This document shows, one piece after another, positions 1 to 12,300 of a stretch of DNA of 64,000 nucleotides. Position 1 is the first letter of the stretch. Every line of letters begins with the position of its first letter. The notes beneath the pieces were generated by a model, which saw only the letters and a list, made by a program, of their open reading frames with translations, had not been told where the DNA came from and made no database searches. The DNA comes from Thalia democratica (Eukaryota), in NCBI GenBank assembly GCA_965202585.1, contig OZ241830.1, positions 15,810,001 through 15,874,000 on the forward strand, in the 5' to 3' direction. The translations under genes and the position numbers were made by a program.

Positions 1-2165
1 TAATTCAAAACTATTACACAATTTGTTTAAAATTTGAGGTTTTTTTAAAATTTTATTTGAAATTTTAAGTTTTTCAAATAGTATCGAATTCAAGAATTTT
101 CTATGGTTCCAGGTTAAACCTTCTTGTTATTGCTGTATTTAAGTTTTATTTTTAATTTGTTAAAAAAAAAAACTATTCAAATTTTGTTCCTTTATTCTTC
201 TCAAAAAAACTTGGTGCATATTTAGGAAAGATAAACAACGTTATTGGTTACAGATACACACTATATATGTTTCTTACTCTCCAAAGTTCTTAATTTGTTA
301 ACTATGATCACTTTTATTTCAGTGTACAGTTTATTAGCTTACATTTCAAATAATGTTTAGCTGGTATGAAGAAAAACAAGTTAGTTTTAAAATAGGGTAA
401 TAACCTAAAAGTTTTAATTATTTTGTAAACACCCTGCGCGTATATTACAAATAGGTATGCAATATTAGTATTTTGCAGTTGAACAACAACATTAAATTTA
501 ATCTTAAGACTTATAGGTTTGGGTTTTTTTATGTGTTTATAACTTTTTTTTTGAAGATAAGCGTCATATTTACTGAAAGATATTTTTACAATATATACAA
601 CAATAAAAACTAGAATGTATATTTTTAAGAAAATCTAGTCGTTGTTTACTATAACTAAGGTTCCTCTGCGCTTTTTTAACAAAATGAGTAGAAAAACTGT
701 TTTAAAATTATGACTATATACAACAACTTGTCCTTTATCAGCAATATAATTAATTATAAGTACATAATATATTATTTACGAGACTGAATAACTTTAACAC
801 TAAATAAACGAGTTTAGTTTTGACAACTTACTTTTTGTTCAAAAAACCTCATTAGAATCTAATGGCAGCATACATGCTGATTTTGTTAACAAAGCAGAGT
901 ATTTAGTTTTTGAGTTTTTTGAATTTAGTAGACGGTAAAGAATTAAATAAGATTCACGTCTGCTAGTAAACTTTGCTAAACTACAATGTTTTGGTTTCAA
1001 AAGTTTAAAAACAAAATTGCGCGCAATGAAAATTTTTGCAGTCGTTTTAAAATTAAAAATAGATTTATAATTGTTTGACCAATAGGTTTTTAAACGTATA
1101 AATATTTTTTTGCTAACTTACTACAGTCGTCAAAACTACATCAGCTGTGCCTTTTCTGTACTGTGTACTGTATAGTACGTTGTTTATTTTAGTGTGCAAA
1201 CACTTCGGTAAACACTGTTGGCTATGAAAGTGGTATGTTTACGTTAAATGCAAAAAGTTTTACAAATACAAAGTCATGCATTTTTTAAAACTAAGTTTGT
1301 ATAATTTATAAAAAATGTGTTGTAAATTGTGATAAAGTTTGCTTTACGTTGTGTGAATTTTGTTATCCTATTTAAAAAAAGTGCTATTTTGGTTATTTTT
1401 AATTAAAAAACGACTATAGCATGACTATTTGAATTTTGAAAATTAGTTAGATTATTAAAAAAAAATGTTTGTACATAGAAGATAAAACAGATCGTTATAA
1501 TTGTATGTTATTTTATTTAAACTTTAATTATAATTTTAATTATTGAAGTCTAAAAACAAAAATTTTTGATATTTTATAAACTTTTTGTAAACTTAAACAT
1601 AGTTTTAAAGGTTTAAATTATGTTTATATTATTTATTTTGCAATTTTTTATCACTGCGTAACCCAAATATCTTATTTATAGTAAGTACGTATAGTATACA
1701 TCGTATACCTTACTTGGATGTTGTTTGATTTATTTTTTACTTGCAACCTATAATTTAGCTGTTATACTTTTAACATTACAAACAGTTAACAAGACTTAGT
1801 TTCTTTTTTTGACTAGTTTTTAGTTTGAACTGTTGTTTGTAAGTTTTAAAATAAATTAGTTTTCGCATTTAGTAGATTTCCTTGTAAGTTTTTTTTAAGT
1901 TCTGTATTGTTAGTTTTCTTTCTAAAGTATTGAAATTGTGAATGCTACTATACACTAGAAAAAAATCACGCTAAGCATACAATTTTGTATGCACATATTT
2001 TTTGATTCCATACGAATATTTTCAACGAGTATTAAAATACAAATTTCTAACACATGTTCGATCCGATCGAGGTTTGTTTGATATTTTTAGCTATTAAGTA
2101 TTTTTTTTATTTAAAATAGTACTGCTCTAAAGTTTAAACTTTTGTTTCTCGAGATTAGATCAAGA

Positions 2166-2378
2166 CGGGTCAGTTGCGCACATGTGACAGCTTAGCACGG
2201 TTAACTTGTTAAATCACCGCTACAATCGTCAACCACTGCTCGCCAAGCCGGCAGAAGAAACCGCTTACCGATTCAGGGTAAGAGTTAGGGTAACGATGAT
2301 AGTAAAAAATGTTAATAACAACAATTGAATAAAGTATAAACCCGTAGCAAAAGTGTCCCATTGTGCGTTTCTGACGCC
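2166..2378. mobile_element. Degraded MITE-like repeat related to the element at 9751-9979
   Basis: Its internal segment (accgcttaccgattcagggtaagagttagggtaacg) matches 9866-9925 in reverse complement. Weak terminal inverted similarity; no TSD found. Confidence 0.4.
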
Positions 2379-3307
2379 TACCAAAATAAAATGCACTTGT
2401 ACACGAAGTACATACATGTTTTAATTTTATAAGAAACGTTTTTCATAAAAAACAAAAAGTTTTCTAAAATTCCCATAAATGTAATTTTTCTGTAAGGACT
2501 ACTGCTTCAAAATATAAACATATTATAATTTAGACCTAAAATAAAAATAAAGTTTAAAATAGAGCTTGTATAACTTTTAATAAAATATACCGAAACATGT
2601 TTGACTTATTTCGCTTGTAAAGATAAAAGATTGAAAACATTTTTTCAAACTTTATGTATGTATATTTTTATTTGTTAATCATTATATCGTCACTTACACA
2701 TAAAAAATAGTTTTATGTTTGCTAAGCTTTAATTTTGTAATAAACTATATTTTATTTAAAAAAAGCAATAAAAACTCAAACGTACAAAAAAAAACTTAAA
2801 ATAATTAAAATAAAATGTTTCTTTCAACTTCTTATTTCTAAAATAAATCAAGGCTGTCGTACATAATTTAAATTAAATTAAAATCCATTAAAAATGAAAT
2901 ATGAATAACAAATGACTTATGTAAAAAAGTCTATTCAAAATTAACTAAAACAGCAGTGATCAAGTTAATGGTGTTATGATTTAATAGTATCGAAATAAAT
3001 ATTTTATCTAAGCAAATAGTTTATCATAACAAGTGTAACCGCAACAGAAGTAACATAACAACTCGATTTTGACTTATAATGGTTAAATTTTTTAAACTAT
3101 CCTTAGTAATGAAAAACTTAAAATAAATAAAAGTTATTATAACGTACTATGGTTGTTCGTTAACATTTTCGCAGACAGTTGAGTATCAACTTGTTTAAAT
3201 AATCTTAACTAGTATGAAATGGTTGCGGCAACTGTAAAATTTTGAAAACAACGTAATCATTAGTACAGTACGACGTCATTAAAAAAAACGACGTCATCAA
3301 TACGTCA

Positions 3308-6300
3308 TCAACAGAGCCCGCACGTTTTCTTGCAGTTAATTTTCATGCTGCTGAACGAGCTGCAATAAGCCCTCAAGTGTTTGCAGCTCGTGCTCCATTC
3401 AACATGGTCCTCGCAGATGCCTCCCTCCGTAACTAAAACAGTTCGAAAATAAGTTGATGTACTTTTTAACGTTTGTTGACTAGTGAAGTTATTTATAATT
3501 TTTATTTATATATAAAGTTTAAAATACTAACTAAATCTTGTGTAGAAAAACAGTTTTTATAAAAATATAAGTTATCACAATGCTTCCTTATTGCAAACTT
3601 GTATTTATAGTATGAAAATAAAATTACAAAACAGCATTATTACAAAATTAAATTAATAAAAAGAGTTTTCATTATCATTCAAGCTATTAGCAAAAGTATT
3701 AATAAAACATTTAAACAAACTTCTCTTCGAGTAGCAGCAAGTCTTGTCGCAATTCACTCTCACATTCTCATCCGTTTTACACTGTGGCACCCTGTTCAAG
3801 CAGTACGAGAGAGGCTCTTCGTTTGTTTTCTCATCGCAATTTTCGTCCGCTAGTTGGCACTCTCCTATGCACACTTTGGCGTCCATCGACAACCCGGCAC
3901 ACTTGTCACCGTGTGGGCATGTTCTGGATAAGAGTTTTGCGATATAAAAACAAAATACATGTTTAAATTATATATGAACATTTAAAACATGTACTTTTCC
4001 ATATCGATCAATGTACTTGGGGAAATTAAAGTATGTTTAATTAATAAACGTAAGTGATTCAGAATTTATCACATAACTTTATTATATAAAATACACTAAA
4101 GCTTGTTAAATTCTATGTGACCACCATAGCGAAATTTTTACTGTTTTTGAAATATTTCCTCGCAGAAAAACATAGAACATTTTAAGTAAAAAGATTTTTT
4201 AAAGAATTTGTAGAAACAACAGTTGTATATAAAAACTAAATACGACACTAGTTTGACCTTATGACGTCACAAACCTCATCCTCGTAGACAACCCAGGAAC
4301 TCCGCACTTTTCCGGGCACTTGGACCAGCTGCTCCATTCCGCCCACAACGTGCAGGGCGGCAATTCGCCACAAGAAGCTCTTTCCTCTTTACTCGAGTCC
4401 TTGGGGCAGACCTGTCCCGTCGGGCAGCCCCTGGTCCTCGTTTTGACGCCTGACGTTCCGCATGTTTGCGTGCACGATGACCACGGCGTCCAGTCGTCCA
4501 TGACTGGATAATTAGTAAGTTATTTCACAATCAACAAGTATAAGTTAGAGTTTAAAGAATTTTTATCTGAATATTTAGAGATAAATGTAAAAAGTATATT
4601 TTATGATTATGATTAAGAACTAAAAGTTTGATTTTCAGAGATCATTCATAGTTCAAATTAATGTGTTAATTTTCTTCTAACTCTGTTCGTTATACACTTC
4701 AAATAAGCAGTTGTTAGTTTATAAAGACTAATACTTTACTTCACGGGTTACGTTATCAACTAAAAGTAAATAGTTGTATTCAATTAGTAAAAACTAACAG
4801 AAATCACAGGAAATAGTATTACATTCATCTTCTTCTTCATCGTCACCCTCACAGGCGCCATCAACCGGACAAAATCTCACTCTCTTTTTAACTCCTCCTC
4901 CGCAATTCGCGCTGCATTCGCTCCATTGACCCCACGAAGACCACATTACGCATGGCGCTGTAAAAATTTTTCTATTTTTTATAATTTATTTAAGTTTATA
5001 ATATTTTATTAAAAAGCTACAAACATGAGTTTATGCCATGACGGCCATACTGATAACATATATGATACACAAGATGCTGTTAGTATTTTGATTTTAGATT
5101 TAAGACTTTATTAAAAATCAATAAACATAAACAAGTTGTTTATAGTAATCTCTATTGAAATGTTTTATTTATATTTTAATGTATACCTTGCAACTAAGCA
5201 TTAGTTATTTAAGTTTATTAAAAACTAATCACTCAGGTTTTAATAATATTTTATCGATTTTTTATAGTGCCACTTCACACAATAGTTGTTTTTGTTTTTG
5301 TTTAAAAACTTATTGTGTTTTAAATAGTTTTTTTAGTATGATTAGGTAGATTTATTGAAATAAAAAAAATATAAAACAAGTCAAAAAATCTTTTATTAAC
5401 GACTTATGTATAAATAACAAACAATTACCAGTTTTGTTTAAAAACAGGTTAACAAAAAGCTATAAATGTTAAATGCCTAAAACAATTTATGTTGTTTTGG
5501 ACTTGTGACGAAATATTTTTACCAACCTCTTTGTTAAAAGTTTAAAAAAAACATGACTTCAAACCACGCGATTTTTTTGAACTTCTTTTTTTATTTGCTA
5601 TAAAAGTTGTAGCAAAAAGTTATAAATAAATTTTAGCTTTGTTCAGTTAATTTGTTTTCAAAATTGTTTTTACTTAAACAATTAAAACTAAACCAACACT
5701 TCTCGCAGTCCACGACTTCAGTATCATCACCAGGACAGTTGTTTCCTCCCTGACAAACCCTTGTCCTTTCTTTTACTGATTGGACCCCACAACTTTCAGA
5801 ACACTCGCCCCAGCTCGACCACTGTGACCACTGCTCGCAATCTTGCACGTTGCATTCCTGTGGTTGGTAATAAAGTTGTATGACGTATAAGAAAATTGAG
5901 TTAAGTGTAATGAACTAATTAACATTGCATTAAAACGAGGTAATTTTCCAAGCTGTGTTTCGAAATACGATTTGAAATGAAAATAGACTAAAATTAATTT
6001 GATTTGACTTTATAAAGTAAACTGTACTTTGCTTAAAAGTTTACTTATAAATTTAGAAATAGATTTATGGTATTAAAAGTATTTTGAAGCTTAAATTATA
6101 AGTTATACGCGGTATTTTAAAACATTACTTTACTGATCAAAAGCATAGATTTGAGAAAGAAAAAAATCCAAGTACAAAGTTTAAAGTAATTAACATACAG
6201 GAAATCAATGCTTGTATTTTTTCGTTCAACAAAGTCATGTTTGTTTACAAAACAATGCACACGGTGTAATTAAAATAAACTCAATCCAGTTCAGTTCACG

Positions 6301-9300
6301 TGCTTTTGAAATACAATCCGTCTTGATTACATTTTTAAAAACATTTCTTAGTAGTCATTTTACTGTACGTATAAAATAAAAACTAGTATCAAAAGTAATT
6401 GTTGTTTATTTTTGTATTTTAAATTATACTTCAAAAATTTTAAAACTTAAGCATATAATCAAAAAGTTAACAGAGTAAACATTAAGCTTTACTCGTTTTT
6501 TAGAACTATGATGAACAATAATAAGTAATTTATTAGGTAAATTGTTATTTACGTTTGATCAAATAATTATATAAACGATAAACCCCAAAAAGAAAATATA
6601 CGATATTATGAAACTTAGAAATTTAAAAGTGAACTCAAATTAAATTATATACAATCACTTTAATGGTTTTCAAGTCATTTTTTCATTAGTTTTGCCTAAA
6701 CTTACTTATAGAAATAAGTTATTTCATGTTAACCATTCAAACACATCAGTATATATTTCTAAAGTATTTGAAAAAGTACTAGCTATGTACTTTTTTAACA
6801 GTAAAGTACACTTCCAAACATAACAGGTATATATTAATACGTCTCTACTTGCATCTTTTATTTTGTAATCCCTAATACAAACTAATTTTTTTACTTAAGT
6901 ATGCTACGACGTCTTACCTCAGTACGTAAATGTTACTGAAAAAGACATCAATAAAAGTTTACCTAGTATCTATACTTGGTTTTCAAACTTTTCAAAAAGT
7001 TGCATTTTTTTAATCCTTAAAAAATTGTCAAACTAAACATATACACGGTAAAGTACCTAATTTGTTTTGCAGAACTGTTCGAATTATGACTTCGCTTTAT
7101 GGTTTTTTAACATACAATTATTTTTATTACAACTATTATGACGTCATACCTCGGTCATCACAGGAGCGCCCCAACAACCGTACTGACCGACTTGTCCCCC
7201 GCTGCAAGTCCTTCTTCTCCTTCTGACGCCAACACCGCACGTACGTGAGCATTCCGACCACGGCTTGTAGTCAGCCCAAGCTAAAATGATATAACTAAAG
7301 TATATATAATTTTTTTTGAGAATTTTCGCGTTTAAATGGCTTTATGATTTTATTGTAAAACATAAAGCTTGAGTGAAGTTTTATCAGAACAAAAGTATAA
7401 CCTCATACATATTAAGCTTTTAGGCCAATTATATAACAAATGTTTAATGTTAATAATAAATAAACACACTAAACGGTTTAAAGACACCAGGCTTCAAAAA
7501 AAAACTTTTTAGTTGTAAAATCAGTTATGATTCATTTAACATTATTTAGATACAATAAAACTAACAAAGCATATAGATAAGCATACACTTAAATGGTTTA
7601 GAAACACTTGATAGCAGATAACTAAATAAACATACACATTGTATATAGGTTTAAAACCCAGTTTAACCAAAGTAGTATTAAACCAACTTGGCATGTTGCA
7701 CCTTGCCGTGTAACATCTCTCTTCTACAACATCATCACCAGCACAGTTTAGGGACTTACCCTGACATTTTCTCCTTTTCACACGTGTGCCCTCACCGCAG
7801 GAAACGCTGCAAGCCGTCCAGTTCGACCATTCAGACCAACCTTGAGGTCTCACTTTCTCTTCAGATGCTGTGTAAAGTTTCTTATTTTTATTAGTTATTC
7901 TTTGGAAATAACTTTAGACTTTATATACAGCTGAGTAAATGTTTCTAAGTAACTTATTCAAAATTAGAATCTAAAATTTGAAATTTCAAAACTATATGGA
8001 TGCAAAACAAATCAAGTTTAACTTTTAACAAAAAGTTTTACTCATTGCTGAACAATAATTGTGAACGATTCAAAATCTATAACAAGTACAAAAAGTATCT
8101 CACTAGTAGCTGTTGCGATCCCTGTTTTGTATTCGATCCATCCACTGTACCAGTCAACATTCGTGAACGTCATCAGTGACGTGTGATCGGGGTAGACGCA
8201 ACTATCGCCTCTAGTGGCGACACCCGCGATGTAGAAATCGCAAGATGTGGATCGCTGGCAGATCATCAGACCCCCTTGCTCGCCTGTTTCGAATAACAAA
8301 AATAACAATCGATAAACTCGCCTGTTTCGGTTAATTAGATTAAATTTAAGTAAAGAGCAAATAAAAAATTGATAAGTATCATAAATTTATTAAAAAATTT
8401 AATTTATCTGTAATACATAATCTTAGAAAATTATAAGATAATAATGATGAACTTGTCTGTTTTGAGTTCTTAGATAAAAATCGACAACAAAGAATAAAAA
8501 AACTTATAACCTTCAAACTGTAACTATAATATCTACGGTACGGTTCAGCTCATTATGATTTTCAGTAAAGTTTTTCTAACTAAACTAGATTTTTATATAT
8601 GTATAGGCATTTCTTAGGAGACAAATAAAGTGCAATAAAGTTCATTTTTTTTGTTATAGCTCACCTCGATATATTTAGGTTTTTATATTACTAGTTAAAT
8701 TAAAACTTACAATGTACAATTTCACAACACTTTTAACTTGTAAAGCTAACACTTTTACATTTTTTTAACAACATCAAAGATTTCAACATAAATACCCGGA
8801 CAGCTGCTTCTGTACTTGTTGTATGTGAACTGTCCGCATAACAAGGCCCTGCTGTCATCGTAATCGACCATATTGTCCGCATACAAGCACGTGCTCGTGT
8901 CGGCAACCGTCATGTTTATGTGGGCGAACTTCAGCGCTACGTCGAAATCATCGCTGTATTCGTCAACTGTTTAAGTTAAATGTTACGTTGAATTTTCTAC
9001 TTAAACAAATTGTTTCATTTATAAATTGAATAAAAAAAACATCTTGTTTTTGATTTGTTGCAAAGCTTTAATGTTTTTAAATACTCCAGACTGTAATCCT
9101 GAAAATGTATTACTTCAACTTAAATGTTATGTTGAAACCATTCGATTTGAATAAATTATTTTAGTACTAGTTAGTTTTACCTTAACTGTATACAAAAACA
9201 TTTATAATTATTAACAAAATTTTTATTAATAATAAATGTTTTAGTCTGTAACGTTTAAAAATTGGTATAATCAATGTAAAAAGGGTTCATAGGCTTCAAA

Positions 9301-12300
9301 AAATGTTTTACTAAAGGTATAAACAATTTTGAACGTTGTAACTTCATTAACCATCCTATAAAGATAAAACAAAATCTTGTAGATAGTTTCAAATTTTTTA
9401 AAAATTTAAATCAAAATATAGTTTTTTAAATTTGAAGGGGAACGTCACAAATAAAAATAAAAGAAATAGTTACTAACCGTGAGTTTCAAATCCGTTGATC
9501 CAGCACTTGTCTCCCACATTAGGTCTTTCCCCGGAAGGAAGACACGCCGGGTAGGCCCATTCCGTCATTTTAACATCCTGGCTCAGGTGGAGCAGGGCCA
9601 AGTCGTTGTTGGGGTGATCGTAATCAGGGTGAATTATCACCTAATAGCAAAAGTTATTTTTTCTAAGTTTGTATAAAAACAAACAAAAACATTAGGTCTT
9701 AAAAGTAAATTGAGTTTACTGTAATCACAAAACTACAATGTGGATTATCATTATACTTTTAAAATCCACCGCTTTCAAAATCAACCCAATTTTTTTATAC
9801 TTTATTTATTTAATATTTTATTCAATTTATATATTTTTGCATTTAAATTTTTTTTAAATTTATTTTTACTACCACTGTTACCTCTAACGCTAACCCTAGA
9901 TCGGTAAGCGGTTCTCGAATTTGACTGGGTAAATTTTGACTGGGCGGACTTGAACGCGGGTGGATTTTGAACATGTCCCGGATTATCACTTTTGTGATGA
10001 TGTACAATTTTATGGAAATGAAAAAGTATAAAGTATAAATAGTTGTTTAGGTCCTAGTTGTAGCATAATTAAAGCAGTAAAATTAAAATTTAAGTAGAAT
10101 ATAAGATGATAAACACCTAAAACAAAAAAAAAATAAAAGTAAAAACAAACAAATAACGAAAAGTATTATTGTTGTTTAGTACAAAAAAGTGTATAATAAT
10201 TTTAAATGTTTTTAAATTCTTTAATTAGTTGCACCACAAATAAAAATCTGAAATATAGATTTAACTTGTCAAAAGCGCAGTAATTTTTTGTCTTTTATAA
10301 TTAATAAACTAAAACTAGGTTTTATAGTACACGAAAATAAACGTAACACAAAATTTAGCTTATATATTTAGCATTAATATTATATATTTAAGTTAGTACA
10401 AATAAATGTTGTAGATAAAATTTTTCTGTGTTTTTATTCGTAAATAAAATTAAAACATGTAATTTATAACGATAATCTAAATTTCAAACCAAACACACTA
10501 CAAACTCAAATGAGAAAAGTAAAAAAAAGAATATTACTTACCGAGTTATTACTTAAGTTATATTATAACAAACAAGCAAAAAATAATAGTTTATAAAATC
10601 ACCAAGTTAAAAATGTTTCTCGTATGGTTAAAATACGTTTATTTTACTTCTTAAAACTACCAAAGTATATTATTTACGTAAATAGTTATCATATATATAG
10701 CCATATTTTGTTGTAATTTACAGAAAACTTTAAAAATTATGATACTTTTATTAGATAGACAAAAGTTTTTACTCAGTTATCTGTAAGTATTTTAATAATC
10801 TGAAAAAATAAAAATTATTTGAGCTATTTAGAATATCGATTATTTTAAAGAAAACTAAATCAATAAGAAATATTTTAATAATTACAGACGTCGTATCTTA
10901 TTTTTGTTATTTGCGTATAATTAGTTTTAAAAGTTTAAAAAGTATTAATAACGCGCCTTTAATTAAACAAAGAAAAAAAAAACTTTTTAATAGTAACCTG
11001 AATTTAATAACCAAAACAACTTCATCAATTATGGTATAGACTGCTTGAGAGTTTTTAATGACAATAGTAGTGGTAAAAGGTAATCAAAAGCAATAGTTAC
11101 TGCAATCTAAAGTAATTTTCGATTAGTAATAAGAATCAATCATTTGTTGGGTATTTTAATGATTGCTGTTAAATTATAGTTTATATATAAAAGAACCACT
11201 CAAATATCTACAGTTGTTTTAACAACTTCTGTTAAGTAAATCACATTAGATTAAAGCAGTATTTATTAGATTTTATTAAATCTAGTTTATGCTAATTTGG
11301 GTATAGATTTTATTTATAATTTCTATGATGTACTAATGCAGGTGTTTTAATTAATAAGTTTAACAAAGAAGTTATATAAACAAGTTAAATTAGCTTTCTG
11401 AAGCATTATTTAAGAAGCATCTCTTATAGTTTTAAACTACAAAAAAAAACATTTTTTACTCTTTTTATAATTTAGACATTTTAAAAATGTTTTTAAAGAG
11501 CATAAGTTTACGTATTTATTCTTTTTTTTATACAACAATTTTTTAACAAAGGATCACATGTGCAAAACAATATCGTTTAAATTGTTCACAAGAATAATTA
11601 AAAGTATTGTCAATAATTAACACTTTCATTTCTTAAGTTTTATCTCCAATATTTTAAATTAATTTTTTAAAACAAGTGTGCTAAGTTTTATATGGGGAAA
11701 ATACTTAAATTAAAAGTATTTTAAATCTGTTTAGTCTAATATCTACTTTCTTTTTGAAAATCCTAATAATTAATCTATACTAATTGTAAAGTCACATTCT
11801 ACTCCAATAATCTTATAAAAAGATACAATATTTTTTTTTAATCTTACAGCATCTAATACACTTAACTTCCAACAAACAAAAAAGATATGGCAGCCAACAG
11901 AAACCCCTTACCATTACCTGAAAACGACTTGGTTGAAGCGTACATTTTTTACAGGCGTGTTATCGGTATCTTAAGAAGTAAGAATAAGTTGTGACTTTTT
12001 AAATTTAATCACTTAACTTAAAATTTTAAGTGATAAACTACTACGATAAATATATTAAATAATTGCTACATCAAAGTTGAAGCAGCAAAGTTTCAATACA
12101 ATATTTTCCTTTATTATTTAGCTGGTCTATTACTTAAAAAAGTTAGCAGATAGCGCTTTCATAACGTATACATCTTTCTTAAACACTTCTACTAAAAGCT
12201 TCAAAATTTAAGTTTGAATATGATTTTTATTGTTTAGCTAACCTGGCAGTCATAAAATAAATACAAGTTAAATATATATTTACTAATGTACCTTACTTTT

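Noticed and set aside
3653-3720. Read-through tail LFKCFINTFANSLNDNENSFY as the true C-terminus
   Set aside because: The sequence turns AT-rich after a phase-1 donor at 3720, which joins in frame to a clear ShK exon at 3308-3432.
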